This document shows positions 17,837-27,039 of a stretch of 64,000 bases of DNA, piece after piece (positions within the stretch are counted from its first letter, which is position 1; each line of letters starts with the position of its first letter). Position numbers and translations under genes: made by a program. The DNA comes from an uncultured virus (IMG/VR IMGVR_UViG_3300035130_000204) (Duplodnaviria > Heunggongvirae > Uroviricota > Caudoviricetes), in IMG/VR virus record IMGVR_UViG_3300035130_000204. One strand, 5' to 3'. Under the pieces are notes generated by a model that saw only the letters and a program-made list of their open reading frames with translations, was not told the origin of the DNA and did no database searches.

Positions 17837-20638
17837 ATGGCAAAAGGCTTCACCATCAATCGACCGAAGGCGCGGCGCAATCCAGAGCGCCTCACCCTGG
17901 TCAACCCTCGTCCTCGCGCAACTTCAGGGTGGTTCTCGACCAGCAGGTCGTCGTCGACCTCGTCTCCGGCCGAAAACCCCAAGCGCAAGGGCCAGAAAAA
18001 GCGCGTGACCCGACTGGCGAAGCCAGTTGGTGAAAAAGCGAAATCGGCTGGAAAGAAGCGCTCGACAAAGAAGTCGAGCACTCGAGCTTCGCGCTCTGGC
18101 GCGAAGAAGACGCAGCGGCAACGGCGCCAGCCCCGCACTGCCGCAGGGAAGAAGAAGACAGTGGCCAAGAAGACCGTGAGGTACGGCCGGGCGGTTTCGA
18201 CCCGCAAGAAGGCCGCGCCGAAGCGTAAGCGCAACGCTGCGCCGAAGCGGAACGCCTCCACCAAGAAGGCCCCTCGGGGCAAGGTCTGGCGCAAGGGCTA
18301 CGTGACCTCGACAGGCAAGCGCGTCAAGGGTGCCTGGGTCAAGAAGCCGAAGCGCAACCCCTTCGATGCCCAGGGTCGCTACTACACGGCGACCGTCGGC
18401 ACCGGCAAGGGCAAGCGGAAGGCGCAGACGATCCCCACCAAGAAGCAGGTGGAGGCGGAGGCCGAGCGCCGCAAGCGCAGCCGTGCGGCCAAGAAGGCAG
18501 CGGCGACTCGTGCTGCCAAGGCTGGCAAGAAGGCCGCTCCGAAGCGCAAGCCCGCCAAGAAGGCGCCGAAGAAGAAGAGGACCGCTGCCAAGAGGAGGCC
18601 CGCCGTGAAGCGTGCTCGATCCAAGACCCCGCGGTACTACCGGAAGAGTTCCGGTGCACCCAAGGCCGGGATGACCTGGCGGAAGGGCTACACCCGCAAG
18701 GACGGCACGCGCGTGTCGGGCATGTGGGTCAAGAAGGGCGGGACGAAGAAGCGCAAGAAGGCCGCTGCGAAGCGGAAGACGACCTACAAGCGCAAGCCTC
18801 GCGTGAGCGCCGGCCGCGGTCGGACCAAGAAGGGCAAGATCACCGTTCGTAGGAAGAAGACCTCCTACATGAGCGGGGGTCGCGCGGGACGCTACCGCGT
18901 GCGCACCAAGGCCAAGCGCTACGGCAAGCGGAAGAGCTACCTCCGCAGCTACCCGAAGCGGCGCCGGGTGCAGGCCAAGAAGAAGACCTACAAGCGGCGC
19001 TACCCGAAGAAGTACGTTCGGCGTTCGCGCGGCGGGAAGGTTTGGGTCAAGGGCTACACGCGCTCGGACGGCGTGAAGGTCAAGGGCCACTGGATGCGCA
19101 AGCCCAAGCGTGGTCGCTACGCGATCACGGGCTCCGGCAAGGCGCGCAAGATCGCAGCCAACCCTGGTCGGAAGCGCAAGCGCAACATGGGTCGCAAGAA
19201 GAATCCGTACAAGCGCACGGGCTACAAGGGCGGCAAGATCCGGGTCAAGGGCTACTCCTACAAGCACCCGCGTACCGGCAAGATCGTGCGCGTCAAGGGC
19301 CACAGCCGCAAGCAGTGGTACCCGAAGCGGTACCCGCGTCGCGGCAAGGGCTCCAAGTGGCTCAAGCAGCGCGACAGCTACCGCCATGGCCTCATGAGCA
19401 AGTACGAGGCCAAGCGCTTCGGCTTCGCCGCCAACCCCGGCGCGCTCGCGATGCTGCCCACGAAAGACCAGTTCATGGCAGTGGGCAAGGCTGCTGGCGT
19501 CGGAGCCATCGGCTTTGCTGGGTCAGTTGCCATCGGCAGGATGTTCGGCCGAATCGGCTTCATCGATCGCACCTTCGGCAGCTGGTCACCGGTGGTCGGC
19601 AACGTTCTCGGAGGTCTCGGCATGTGGATGGCAGCCAACGCCATCGACAATCCGCGGCTCAACGAGATGAAGCCGTTCCTGGTGGTCGGTGCTGGTGTCG
19701 CCGCTGCTGTCAACCTGGCACTGAACGTCATCGCTCGAGGCTGGGTGCCGCAGGGCTACGCCGCATGGTTCATGCCGGGCGCTGGGGCAGTCGAGGCGGC
19801 TCCGGCGGCAGCTGTGGCTCCCGACAGCCCGGCTGCTGGCCTCGGTCAGATCGATGTCTACGAGGCAGCTCTCGACGGCTTCGGTGACATCGAGACCGAC
19901 CTGGAGCGCGAGCTGGAGCGCATGAGCGGCGATGACGGCATCTTCGGCGACCAGGGCGTCTTCGGCGAGTACCTCGAGACCCCCATGGGCGCAATGGTCG
20001 AGGAGGCCTTTGCAGGCGGCGGAAGCGGCGGCGTCGGCGAGTACCTCGAGACCCCGATGGGCGAGTACCTCGAGACCCCCATGGGCGCGATGGTCGAGGA
20101 GGCCTACGCGGGCATGAACGAGTACCTCGAGACCCCGATGGGTGAGTACCTCGAGACCCCCATGGGCGCGATGGTCGAGGAGGCCTACGCGGGTATGGGC
20201 GCGCAGGTCGAGGCGGCCTACGCGGGCCTCGGTCAGGCCAGCGGCAACGGCAACGGGTGGGCAGCCTTCGAGCAGTCCATTCAGGCCAACCCGCTGATGC
20301 CAGGCTTCCGGTCCGCTGTTCAGAGCCTCGTGCGCAAGCGTATCGCCGCGGGTCAACCCCTCGACGACGCGTTCTACGCGAAGCTCGGCCGCGCTTCGGC
20401 GCAGCTGGCCAAGCAGAAGTTCCAGCAGCGCGTGCAGCAGGTCCAGGGGCGACCCACCGACCTGCCGGTCGAGCGTTGGAAGGCACCGCTGCTTCGCACC
20501 TCGGCGCCGACGTACAAGAAGAACATCGGCGATCCGAGCATGACCCCGGGCTGGCCGGAGCGCATCCCGGCGGCCGGACCTCAGGCCGGTGAAGGCATCT
20601 TCTTCGGCACGGGGGACAAGGACGAGGGCGTCCTGTAG
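17837..20638 (+). CDS. Tripartite core-like protein: Lys/Arg-rich DNA-binding region, TM segments, acidic repeat region
   Basis: About 530 N-terminal aa extremely K/R-rich with W[RV]KGYxxxxGxxVxGxW repeats; hydrophobic helices; EYLETPMG repeats; very strong G/C-ending codon bias. Confidence 0.8.
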   Translation: MAKGFTINRPKARRNPERLTLVNPRPRATSGWFSTSRSSSTSSPAENPKRKGQKKRVTRLAKPVGEKAKSAGKKRSTKKSSTRASRSGAKKTQRQRRQPRTAAGKKKTVAKKTVRYGRAVSTRKKAAPKRKRNAAPKRNASTKKAPRGKVWRKGYVTSTGKRVKGAWVKKPKRNPFDAQGRYYTATVGTGKGKRKAQTIPTKKQVEAEAERRKRSRAAKKAAATRAAKAGKKAAPKRKPAKKAPKKKRTAAKRRPAVKRARSKTPRYYRKSSGAPKAGMTWRKGYTRKDGTRVSGMWVKKGGTKKRKKAAAKRKTTYKRKPRVSAGRGRTKKGKITVRRKKTSYMSGGRAGRYRVRTKAKRYGKRKSYLRSYPKRRRVQAKKKTYKRRYPKKYVRRSRGGKVWVKGYTRSDGVKVKGHWMRKPKRGRYAITGSGKARKIAANPGRKRKRNMGRKKNPYKRTGYKGGKIRVKGYSYKHPRTGKIVRVKGHSRKQWYPKRYPRRGKGSKWLKQRDSYRHGLMSKYEAKRFGFAANPGALAMLPTKDQFMAVGKAAGVGAIGFAGSVAIGRMFGRIGFIDRTFGSWSPVVGNVLGGLGMWMAANAIDNPRLNEMKPFLVVGAGVAAAVNLALNVIARGWVPQGYAAWFMPGAGAVEAAPAAAVAPDSPAAGLGQIDVYEAALDGFGDIETDLERELERMSGDDGIFGDQGVFGEYLETPMGAMVEEAFAGGGSGGVGEYLETPMGEYLETPMGAMVEEAYAGMNEYLETPMGEYLETPMGAMVEEAYAGMGAQVEAAYAGLGQASGNGNGWAAFEQSIQANPLMPGFRSAVQSLVRKRIAAGQPLDDAFYAKLGRASAQLAKQKFQQRVQQVQGRPTDLPVERWKAPLLRTSAPTYKKNIGDPSMTPGWPERIPAAGPQAGEGIFFGTGDKDEGVL
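19967..20233 (+). repeat. In-frame coding repeats EYLETPMG x5 and [AM/AQ]VE[EA]A[FY]AG x4
   Basis: GAGTACCTCGAGACCCC[CG]ATGGG repeated five times. Confidence 0.9.
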
Positions 20639-20808
20639 CTCATCAACCTGTCGCGGGGCTAGAGGGACGCCTCGAAGAGCGGTTTTCCGGACCGCCTGCC
20701 CCGCGGCATAAACAAATTCCGGGAGTGCTCGTTCCGGAGCGGGCGTAGGGCGTAGCGAAGGGGAGACCACCCCTGGCCGAGAGGCCGAATCACTGGAAGG
20801 AGATAGTC

Positions 20809-21456
20809 ATGCCCGCAATCGTCGGCGTCATCGAGCGCCTCCACCAGCCTCTGTACGACACCCTCTGCCGTGGCGTCGCCACCGCGACCGTCAACATCGG
20901 TCCCGGCGGCCAGCCGGTCGGCACCCAGACGCGCCTGTTCTCGGGCGCCAACCTGGGCAACCGCGCCTGGACGAACATGAAGGTCGCCGGTCAGCTCGTC
21001 GCCGACCGTACCTTCAAGATCAAGGCGCTCCGCGTGCTCACGCACTTCCGTGCGGGTCTTCAGACCGCGGCGCTGGCCGGTCCTCCGGCCTACTTCGTCC
21101 ACCGGCTGTACCTGCAGTGCCAGTCGCAGCTGTTCTGGACGCTGAACGTCGGTGACAAGCCGCAGTTCGTGGCCGGGACGCACTACATCCCGATGGCCGC
21201 TGGCATCTACGGCGACGTGGGTGGCGACACGAGCCTCGTGCTCATCAACAACGGCGTGCCGAGCCACGCCGCGCTGCTCCGCCTCGGCCGGCCCATCAGC
21301 GTGCCGCCGCGCCAGGGCATCGAGGTCCTCGCCGAGATCTTCCAAATGAACAACACCGGCGACCACAGCCTCGACGCGGCCCTGAACGCGAACGACGACA
21401 TCGCCAAGGACGTCAAGTACTTCCTGGACGGCCTGGCGACGCGAGAGGTGCAGTGA
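20809..21456 (+). CDS. Candidate major capsid protein (beta-rich, single jelly-roll-like)
   Basis: 215 aa, alternating beta-strand pattern, extreme codon bias, RBS AAGGAG, follows the core-like gene and precedes a strong hairpin; fold is inferred, not shown. Confidence 0.55.
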   Translation: MPAIVGVIERLHQPLYDTLCRGVATATVNIGPGGQPVGTQTRLFSGANLGNRAWTNMKVAGQLVADRTFKIKALRVLTHFRAGLQTAALAGPPAYFVHRLYLQCQSQLFWTLNVGDKPQFVAGTHYIPMAAGIYGDVGGDTSLVLINNGVPSHAALLRLGRPISVPPRQGIEVLAEIFQMNNTGDHSLDAALNANDDIAKDVKYFLDGLATREVQ

Positions 21457-21515
21457 TTTCAGGCACTTAGGTGCCAAGTCACCGCATCTCTTGTCCCGTC
21501 TGTGACGGTTCGAGG

Positions 21516-21548
21516 GCCCCCGAGGCGCCATCGTGGCGCCTCGGGGGC
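21516..21548 (+). terminator. Strong 15-bp GC hairpin after the capsid candidate (terminator or mRNA stabiliser)
   Basis: GCCCCCGAGGCGCCA-TCG-TGGCGCCTCGGGGGC; no U-tract. Confidence 0.55.
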
Positions 21549-21662
21549 TGCTCATAGCCTGGCCGGCACTACACCTAGCTCGAGCTGGCCAGAGACGGCG
21601 TGCAAGGCGTCGTACCCCGCGGCCTACTGCGGGAGATAACGAAAGGTGATGAGGAGCTGACA

Positions 21663-22430
21663 ATGCCAGGAAAGCAGATTCGCATTCATCCGGCTGTCGC
21701 GGCTGAGTTTCGCAAGATCACGGACGCCATGGCCCTGCAGAAGCAGGAACTGGACCGTCTGGCCGGCAGGCTGGCGCAGGAAAGCCAGGCTCGAGAGGCC
21801 CTCGAAAAGGAAGAGGTCCACATCGACGACATGCCGGGCAAGCAGCTGCCCTTCAAGTTCCAGATCAACATCCCGTTGCCTGGTGGCACTGAGTCGCCGC
21901 AGACCGGCACCGTCACCGTCTCGCGCGACGGACCCTTTGTCGCGCGGCGGCTATACGCCTCGCTGTACATCAGCGACGCGCCTTTGCTCGAGGTTCCAGC
22001 GCCTCCTGTTGGCGGCATCACATGGGACTTCACTCACATGATCGGGCGCTACGCGCCGCGGTCGTCGCGCGAGTGCTGCGACTGGTTCACGTGGGCCAGG
22101 GCGCTCACCGACTTCGCCGTCGACAGCGTTGTCTTGCCGCCTATCGACTTCGAGTACAGCTACGACGACGGCGGCTCGGAGCGCAACAGGCAGGACAAGC
22201 CGATCAGCGGCGACATCCTCGCGATGAAGGACGAGGATGGCTACTTCATGAACAACGAGATGTTCGCGGCTGGTACGACCATCAGCTTCACGGTTCACCC
22301 GCTGCGAGCGACTCCGATCATCACCCTGGCGAACGAGGATGTTCCGCCTGTGACCGACGATGGACCGATCGATCTCGTTCTCCAGATCACCTTCGATGGC
22401 TTCAAGGTGCTGCAGCCCCTGGAGATGTAA
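21663..22430 (+). CDS. Beta-rich protein, candidate second or minor capsid protein
   Basis: RBS GAGGAG; N-terminal helix then beta strands; C-terminal LQITFDGFKV echoes VKYFLDG of 20809. Confidence 0.5.
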   Translation: MPGKQIRIHPAVAAEFRKITDAMALQKQELDRLAGRLAQESQAREALEKEEVHIDDMPGKQLPFKFQINIPLPGGTESPQTGTVTVSRDGPFVARRLYASLYISDAPLLEVPAPPVGGITWDFTHMIGRYAPRSSRECCDWFTWARALTDFAVDSVVLPPIDFEYSYDDGGSERNRQDKPISGDILAMKDEDGYFMNNEMFAAGTTISFTVHPLRATPIITLANEDVPPVTDDGPIDLVLQITFDGFKVLQPLEM

Positions 22431-22432
22431 AG

Positions 22433-23146
22433 ATGACGAAGTCTCGCCGCGGTCCGAAGACCAAGTCGAAGATGGGTACGGCGTTGCGCAGAGGCAGCGT
22501 CGACCCGCGGCGGCGAGGGTCTTCCAAGCACTTGATGACGCCGAAATCTACTGTCCTCGAGCCATCGAAGGATTACCTCGATCCTGAGCAGCTACGTGCA
22601 AGGCCGCTGCTTGGTAGTCCTTTGGACAGCAGGCGCGTGCGTACTGTCAAGGGTTTCTACGAAGCTCTTCCAGACAACCGCGTGCTGTATCTCGACATCA
22701 TGCGCGAGATCCCTTACGACGCTTCTCTGAACAGAAAAATCGTTATCTTCAGCGAGGAAGTTCCTAGCGCACGGATTTACATCATCGACAACATCGAGTT
22801 CTACGCCTGGCCAACCGGCGGGGGCGCTCCGCTGGCTGCAGGGATCATCGAAGGTGCGGTGCAGTTCAGCTTCGCCATCGGAAAAACCGCACCAGTGGAC
22901 ATCAACACGACACGGGTACAGACGGGGTTGCCTGCAACCAACGGGGGTTATTTCCCGTTCGTCAACGAACGAGTGGGCGCCGAGCAGGTAACTTTTTCGG
23001 TGTTCGCCAAGACAGGGCAGCCCGTCGAGGCTTTCTACGTAAACCGTGTAGCTTCTCCAGTTTCGCTCAGGACAGTAGCAGCAAGAGTTCAGGGGTGGAT
23101 GGCTGACGTGTCGATTCTCGAGGAGATTTTGGAGCAGCAGCGATGA
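22433..23146 (+). CDS. Beta-rich protein with basic N-terminus, candidate minor capsid or vertex protein
   Basis: Beta-strand pattern (EVPSARIYIIDNIEFY..VQFSFAI..VAARVQGW). Confidence 0.45.
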   Translation: MTKSRRGPKTKSKMGTALRRGSVDPRRRGSSKHLMTPKSTVLEPSKDYLDPEQLRARPLLGSPLDSRRVRTVKGFYEALPDNRVLYLDIMREIPYDASLNRKIVIFSEEVPSARIYIIDNIEFYAWPTGGGAPLAAGIIEGAVQFSFAIGKTAPVDINTTRVQTGLPATNGGYFPFVNERVGAEQVTFSVFAKTGQPVEAFYVNRVASPVSLRTVAARVQGWMADVSILEEILEQQR

Positions 23147-24012
23147 CGGACAACGCCCAGAACGGACAGTCAGCTTCAGCGACGCCGCAGCCAGCCGATC
23201 CAGGTCAGCCGGCCGCTTCACCTGCACAGATCGCTGCGGCGCAACGCGTACTCAAGAAGGTGCGCAAGCAGATCGCGAGGTTTCACAACGTCCGCAGGCG
23301 CAACAACGAGGTCGCAGCAGGTCTTCGTCAGGGCGCCGTGATGCCTGATCAGGCGCGGCAGATCATCTCGATGAATCGCGACCCGGAAAAGGAGCGCGAA
23401 GCCGTCGACAAGCTGCGGCAGCTGATTGGCATCGTTCTAGGTCGCGAACCTACTTCAGAGGAGATGAGGCAGGGGATTCCGGAGGGGTTCGAAAACAGTC
23501 TGGGTATGGGTCTCTGGCCTCAGGTTGTGGCTGTCGGCGTCGCCTCCTCCGCTGTGGGTGTCTACTCCGTCTTCAACTACCTCACCACACGTGAAGAGAC
23601 CATACAGCTGCAGACAGCTACGCCGACCGAGCGCTTGCTCAACGCAGCAGCCAACAACGTGTGGGCTATCGCTGCAGCTGGCGCTGTGGGTGTGGGCGCT
23701 CTGATGTACTACCGCGGCAAGCAAGCCGGCGAGGAAGAGGCTAAGGAGGAAAGCTCCTTTGCCAAACTCTCCGCAAAGCTCACAGGTGGCAAGGGTGGTC
23801 CGGTCGAAAATCCATCTGCTGGTCTCAAGGTGTGGATGGACGAGCTGACGCCGGATCAAAAGCGGAAGCTCGCCAAGATCCTCGCGGATGAGCCTGAAGA
23901 AGAAGCCGAGGAAGAAGAGATCGAGGAGGAGGAGTACGACGGCTCAGAGGGTGAGGCGACGCCTGAGGAAGAAGCCGAAGACGACGCTGCGGCAGACGAG
24001 GAAGAGGGTTAG
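23143..24012 (+). CDS. Two-TM protein with acidic tail
   Basis: SLGMG before TM1, VENP before the acidic tail. Confidence 0.7.
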   Translation: MTDNAQNGQSASATPQPADPGQPAASPAQIAAAQRVLKKVRKQIARFHNVRRRNNEVAAGLRQGAVMPDQARQIISMNRDPEKEREAVDKLRQLIGIVLGREPTSEEMRQGIPEGFENSLGMGLWPQVVAVGVASSAVGVYSVFNYLTTREETIQLQTATPTERLLNAAANNVWAIAAAGAVGVGALMYYRGKQAGEEEAKEESSFAKLSAKLTGGKGGPVENPSAGLKVWMDELTPDQKRKLAKILADEPEEEAEEEEIEEEEYDGSEGEATPEEEAEDDAAADEEEG

Positions 24013-24025
24013 CGCCGAGCACTAG

Positions 24026-24155
24026 CGGCGAGGCGTTGATGAGGGCGCCCTGGGTCATGACGAGCATGCGCGCAAACAAGGGGTGGCAGGGGAAGCCACT
24101 CGCGTGCCGAGTGCTTATGGGGCCGGCCCCTGGCGCCCTCATCAACGCTTCGCCG
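24026..24155. ncRNA. Structured intergenic element (long inverted repeat enclosing inner stems)
   Basis: 24-bp arms 24026-24049 and 24132-24155 with one G-U pair; inner GTGGC/GCCAC and GCATGCGCG/CGCGTGC stems. Confidence 0.45.
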
Positions 24156-24176
24156 AGGATCACGGAGTAGAACACC

Positions 24177-24986
24177 ATGGCAAAAAAGAAGACACTGTGG
24201 ACGCCTCCTCGAGACCCGAAGACCGGAGCCTTCAAGCCACGCGAAGAGTGGACAAAGAGTGAGGAGCGCGCCTATCGCAAAGCGCAGCGAGAAGGGCGCA
24301 TAGCGGCGGCCAAGCAGGCAAAGAAGATGCCGCGCGGTCCACATGGGCGCTTTGTCTCTCCAACGGGCAGGACCAAGCCAAGGAAGGCTGCATCGTCGGC
24401 TGCACAGCCAGTGTACGTCGAGCAGGAGTGCCCACCGTGTGTCCCTGAGTTCCCAGGGTTGGAGTCGCGAGTGGCTCAGCCGCTGGCTACGACGTCTGCT
24501 CAGGTCGCGCAGATTCAGGCGGACATAGCTGAGATGAAGGCGCGACTGAGGCTTGCACCGGCGCAGCCTCAGGCGAACCCGATCGAGACGCTGACCATCG
24601 TCAACGGTGTTGGCGAACGCGAACAGACGCAGATGACGAAGCTGTGGGATTCGATCAAGGACAACCCCCTGCTCGCCGCCGCTGCGGTTGGCGCTGTGGT
24701 CCTGATCGGTTACCTGATGTACCGCTCGTGGCGGCGTTCGCAGGAGCAAACTGGCGTTGCAGAGCCAGAACCGCAGCCAGTCACAGGTGGTCTGATGCAA
24801 CCACCTGGTGGCGCCCTTCCGCCTACGACCGTTCGTCCTGCGGACGTGATTCCAAAGCATCCTACGTACAGGCTGGTTCAACCAACGATCGGCGACACAC
24901 TCATGAGGCCGAACGTCAACGTCGAGCAGCAAGAGCTTCCGGGGCTCGAGGGCGCCGATGGCGACGGCGAGGGCATCTTCACGTGA
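24177..24986 (+). CDS. Basic N-terminus, central TM protein
   Basis: RDPKTGAF and RGPHGRFVS basic hairpin motifs; TM; ends DGDGEGIFT. Confidence 0.7.
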   Translation: MAKKKTLWTPPRDPKTGAFKPREEWTKSEERAYRKAQREGRIAAAKQAKKMPRGPHGRFVSPTGRTKPRKAASSAAQPVYVEQECPPCVPEFPGLESRVAQPLATTSAQVAQIQADIAEMKARLRLAPAQPQANPIETLTIVNGVGEREQTQMTKLWDSIKDNPLLAAAAVGAVVLIGYLMYRSWRRSQEQTGVAEPEPQPVTGGLMQPPGGALPPTTVRPADVIPKHPTYRLVQPTIGDTLMRPNVNVEQQELPGLEGADGDGEGIFT

Positions 24987-25840
24987 TCCGTACGGCTGAC
25001 AGACGTCCTGAGGAGAACGGAATCGGAGACGTCTTCGGCCGAGCGGTCGAGTTTGCAAGGGCCAACCCTCTTCTGACGGTTGCTGGAGTCAGCGCAGTCG
25101 CGCTCGGTGGTGTCGCCATCGGAGCGCTGCTACTGCAGCGTGGCGACAACGTCATCATCTACCTCGATCAGGGCGAGGGCTCGGGCGAGTTTCGCACGGT
25201 AGCCAACCGAATGGCTGGCGTTATCAACGCCAGCATCTATCCGGCACACAACGGCCAGCAGGTGCTCGATGCGCTGAGTCGCCACCGTCGCATCAAGACG
25301 CTGATCTTCGCCGGCCACGGGACGACGACCCAGTTTCTCCGGCCTGGCCGGGGTGGAATCCGTGTTGGTACGGACGCACTGCCCACCTGGATCTCTACGG
25401 GTACGCTCGCGCGCGTACTTTCCTTTAAGATGGTTCCTGGTGGCGTCATCAGCTGGGCTGGGTGCAGCGCAGCGTCGAACCCCGGCGAATCCAGTTGGAG
25501 CTACAGGTCCTACGGTCCCGGAGGCGAGCGCAGCTTCATAGCTCGAGTGCGCGACAGCATGGCTAGGTTGCCCTGGACGGCATGGGGCATCGAGCACCGC
25601 GGGCACTCGTCACCGGGCCACACCACGGCGAATCCTGCGGCCAGAGCTTGCGACGTTGCTTTGTGGGAGATTGGTCAGCCCTGCGATTCATTCATGGACG
25701 AAGAGTGGGGAGAGGGCTCATACGAGAGCCAGCACCGACAGTGGGCAGCCGCCTTCGAAGGCCAGGCTGCTGAGGCATGGATGACGGGAGCTGACGTCGA
25801 TGTGCCGCGTGGTGCAGCTGTCGAGGTGAGGTACGCGTGA
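24983..25840 (+). CDS. Membrane-anchored caspase-fold-like (C80 / DUF4347-like) putative cysteine peptidase
   Basis: N-terminal TM; LIFAGHG (His) and ISWAGCSAA (Cys) dyad pattern; GTG start overlaps the previous stop. Confidence 0.5.
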   Translation: MIRTADRRPEENGIGDVFGRAVEFARANPLLTVAGVSAVALGGVAIGALLLQRGDNVIIYLDQGEGSGEFRTVANRMAGVINASIYPAHNGQQVLDALSRHRRIKTLIFAGHGTTTQFLRPGRGGIRVGTDALPTWISTGTLARVLSFKMVPGGVISWAGCSAASNPGESSWSYRSYGPGGERSFIARVRDSMARLPWTAWGIEHRGHSSPGHTTANPAARACDVALWEIGQPCDSFMDEEWGEGSYESQHRQWAAAFEGQAAEAWMTGADVDVPRGAAVEVRYA

Positions 25841-27027
25841 TGGACCGCAATCCCGTCGAGGCCTTGGCCATCATAAATCCTGAGGACGAGGGCCTGTTCT
25901 CTCGAGCGATGTACTACCTCATGCGCAAGGCAGAGGGCGCGGCCGAATACGCACGTGAAGAGCCGTTCAAGGCAGTCATGGTTGTAGCTGCGGGGGTCTC
26001 TGCAAGCTACGGCGTGTATCGCCTGTTCAACTACCCGTTCCCGCTATGGGGTGCGACGCTTGAGCTGAACGGAAATCGCTACCACATGAGCAACACCGAT
26101 CGGTTGTGGATGGGTCGGATGGTTGTAGGTGAGGCTGGTGAGTCGGGATGGGATAACCCGTCGACGGCGGAAGCGAAGCGCAGGGCTGGTGCTGCAGTTC
26201 TGTGGTCCGTGGCAACTCGTCACATGACCAAGCCGGCCTTTCGCGACTGGACGCTGACGCGCACAATGCGTGCGTTCTCACAGCCGATCAACCCTATCTG
26301 GGCAAGCCCGTTGGGCGAGGGTTGCTTGCGGAGGCCGAGCGCTTGTACACCGTCAAGACTGGAGCGCAGGTTCCGTATCACCCATCTGCCATGGTACGCA
26401 CTGCCTGAAGGCGTGCGGCAACTGGTGGACGAATTTTTCCGCGGGCGTTTGGAAAACCCGATTCCAGGATACAACAACTTCGCCGCTTCAGGCGCGATCA
26501 GCTCGTCGGCACTGGCTCAGTCGACTTTGCCGCCAACGACCATCGGTGGAAACACCTTCGTGAGAGATCGTGGATCGACGCCTGGCGATGTCAGCATGGC
26601 CGGTCACGACGATTCAATGGTGGTCGATGTAGAAAGTCTCGCGCTGGGCGATTACCACCCGTTGCAGGTCGGAAGCGCTGTCACTTTGGCTGCTTTGACT
26701 GTCGGCGGTTTGTGGGTTTTCAACGCGGCGTACAAGGAAAAAGAAGAGCGTTTGCGTGCTCGGCACAAAGCCAATCCTCGAAACAAACGCTACTACGTGA
26801 AGATCAAGGGCGAGCGTGTGACTTACGGTCCCTACGCGCTCAAGTCGGCGAAGAGCTTCGCCAGGATCGGCTCGCAACACGGCAAGGACAGGTTCGTCCG
26901 ACGTGATCGCCCAGGTGGTTCCAGAGTGCGCCACTACAGCGACGGCAAGCGTGTGTGGCCGGTGCGCGAGTCTCAGCTGCGTGGATTGCTTTCTTCCGAG
27001 CAGCCGCGCCGTCTACAATCAGCTTGA
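25840..27027 (+). CDS. Membrane protein with SleB / Hydrolase_2-like cell-wall hydrolase domain
   Basis: LWMGRMVVGEAG...AVLWSVATR...FSQ pattern flanked by two TMs; basic C-terminal module after KANP. Confidence 0.55.
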   Translation: MDRNPVEALAIINPEDEGLFSRAMYYLMRKAEGAAEYAREEPFKAVMVVAAGVSASYGVYRLFNYPFPLWGATLELNGNRYHMSNTDRLWMGRMVVGEAGESGWDNPSTAEAKRRAGAAVLWSVATRHMTKPAFRDWTLTRTMRAFSQPINPIWASPLGEGCLRRPSACTPSRLERRFRITHLPWYALPEGVRQLVDEFFRGRLENPIPGYNNFAASGAISSSALAQSTLPPTTIGGNTFVRDRGSTPGDVSMAGHDDSMVVDVESLALGDYHPLQVGSAVTLAALTVGGLWVFNAAYKEKEERLRARHKANPRNKRYYVKIKGERVTYGPYALKSAKSFARIGSQHGKDRFVRRDRPGGSRVRHYSDGKRVWPVRESQLRGLLSSEQPRRLQSA

Positions 27028-27039
27028 GGGAGGAATACG

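Noticed and set aside
19967..20233. Regularly recurring 24-bp repeat as a possible CRISPR array
   Set aside because: Repeats are in frame, vary at synonymous positions, have no unique spacers, and no cas genes are present
17924..20770. Long minus-strand ORFs (17924-19387, 19586-20770) and similar antisense ORFs elsewhere
   Set aside because: Shadow ORFs caused by strong G/C codon bias of the + strand genes; no motifs or RBS
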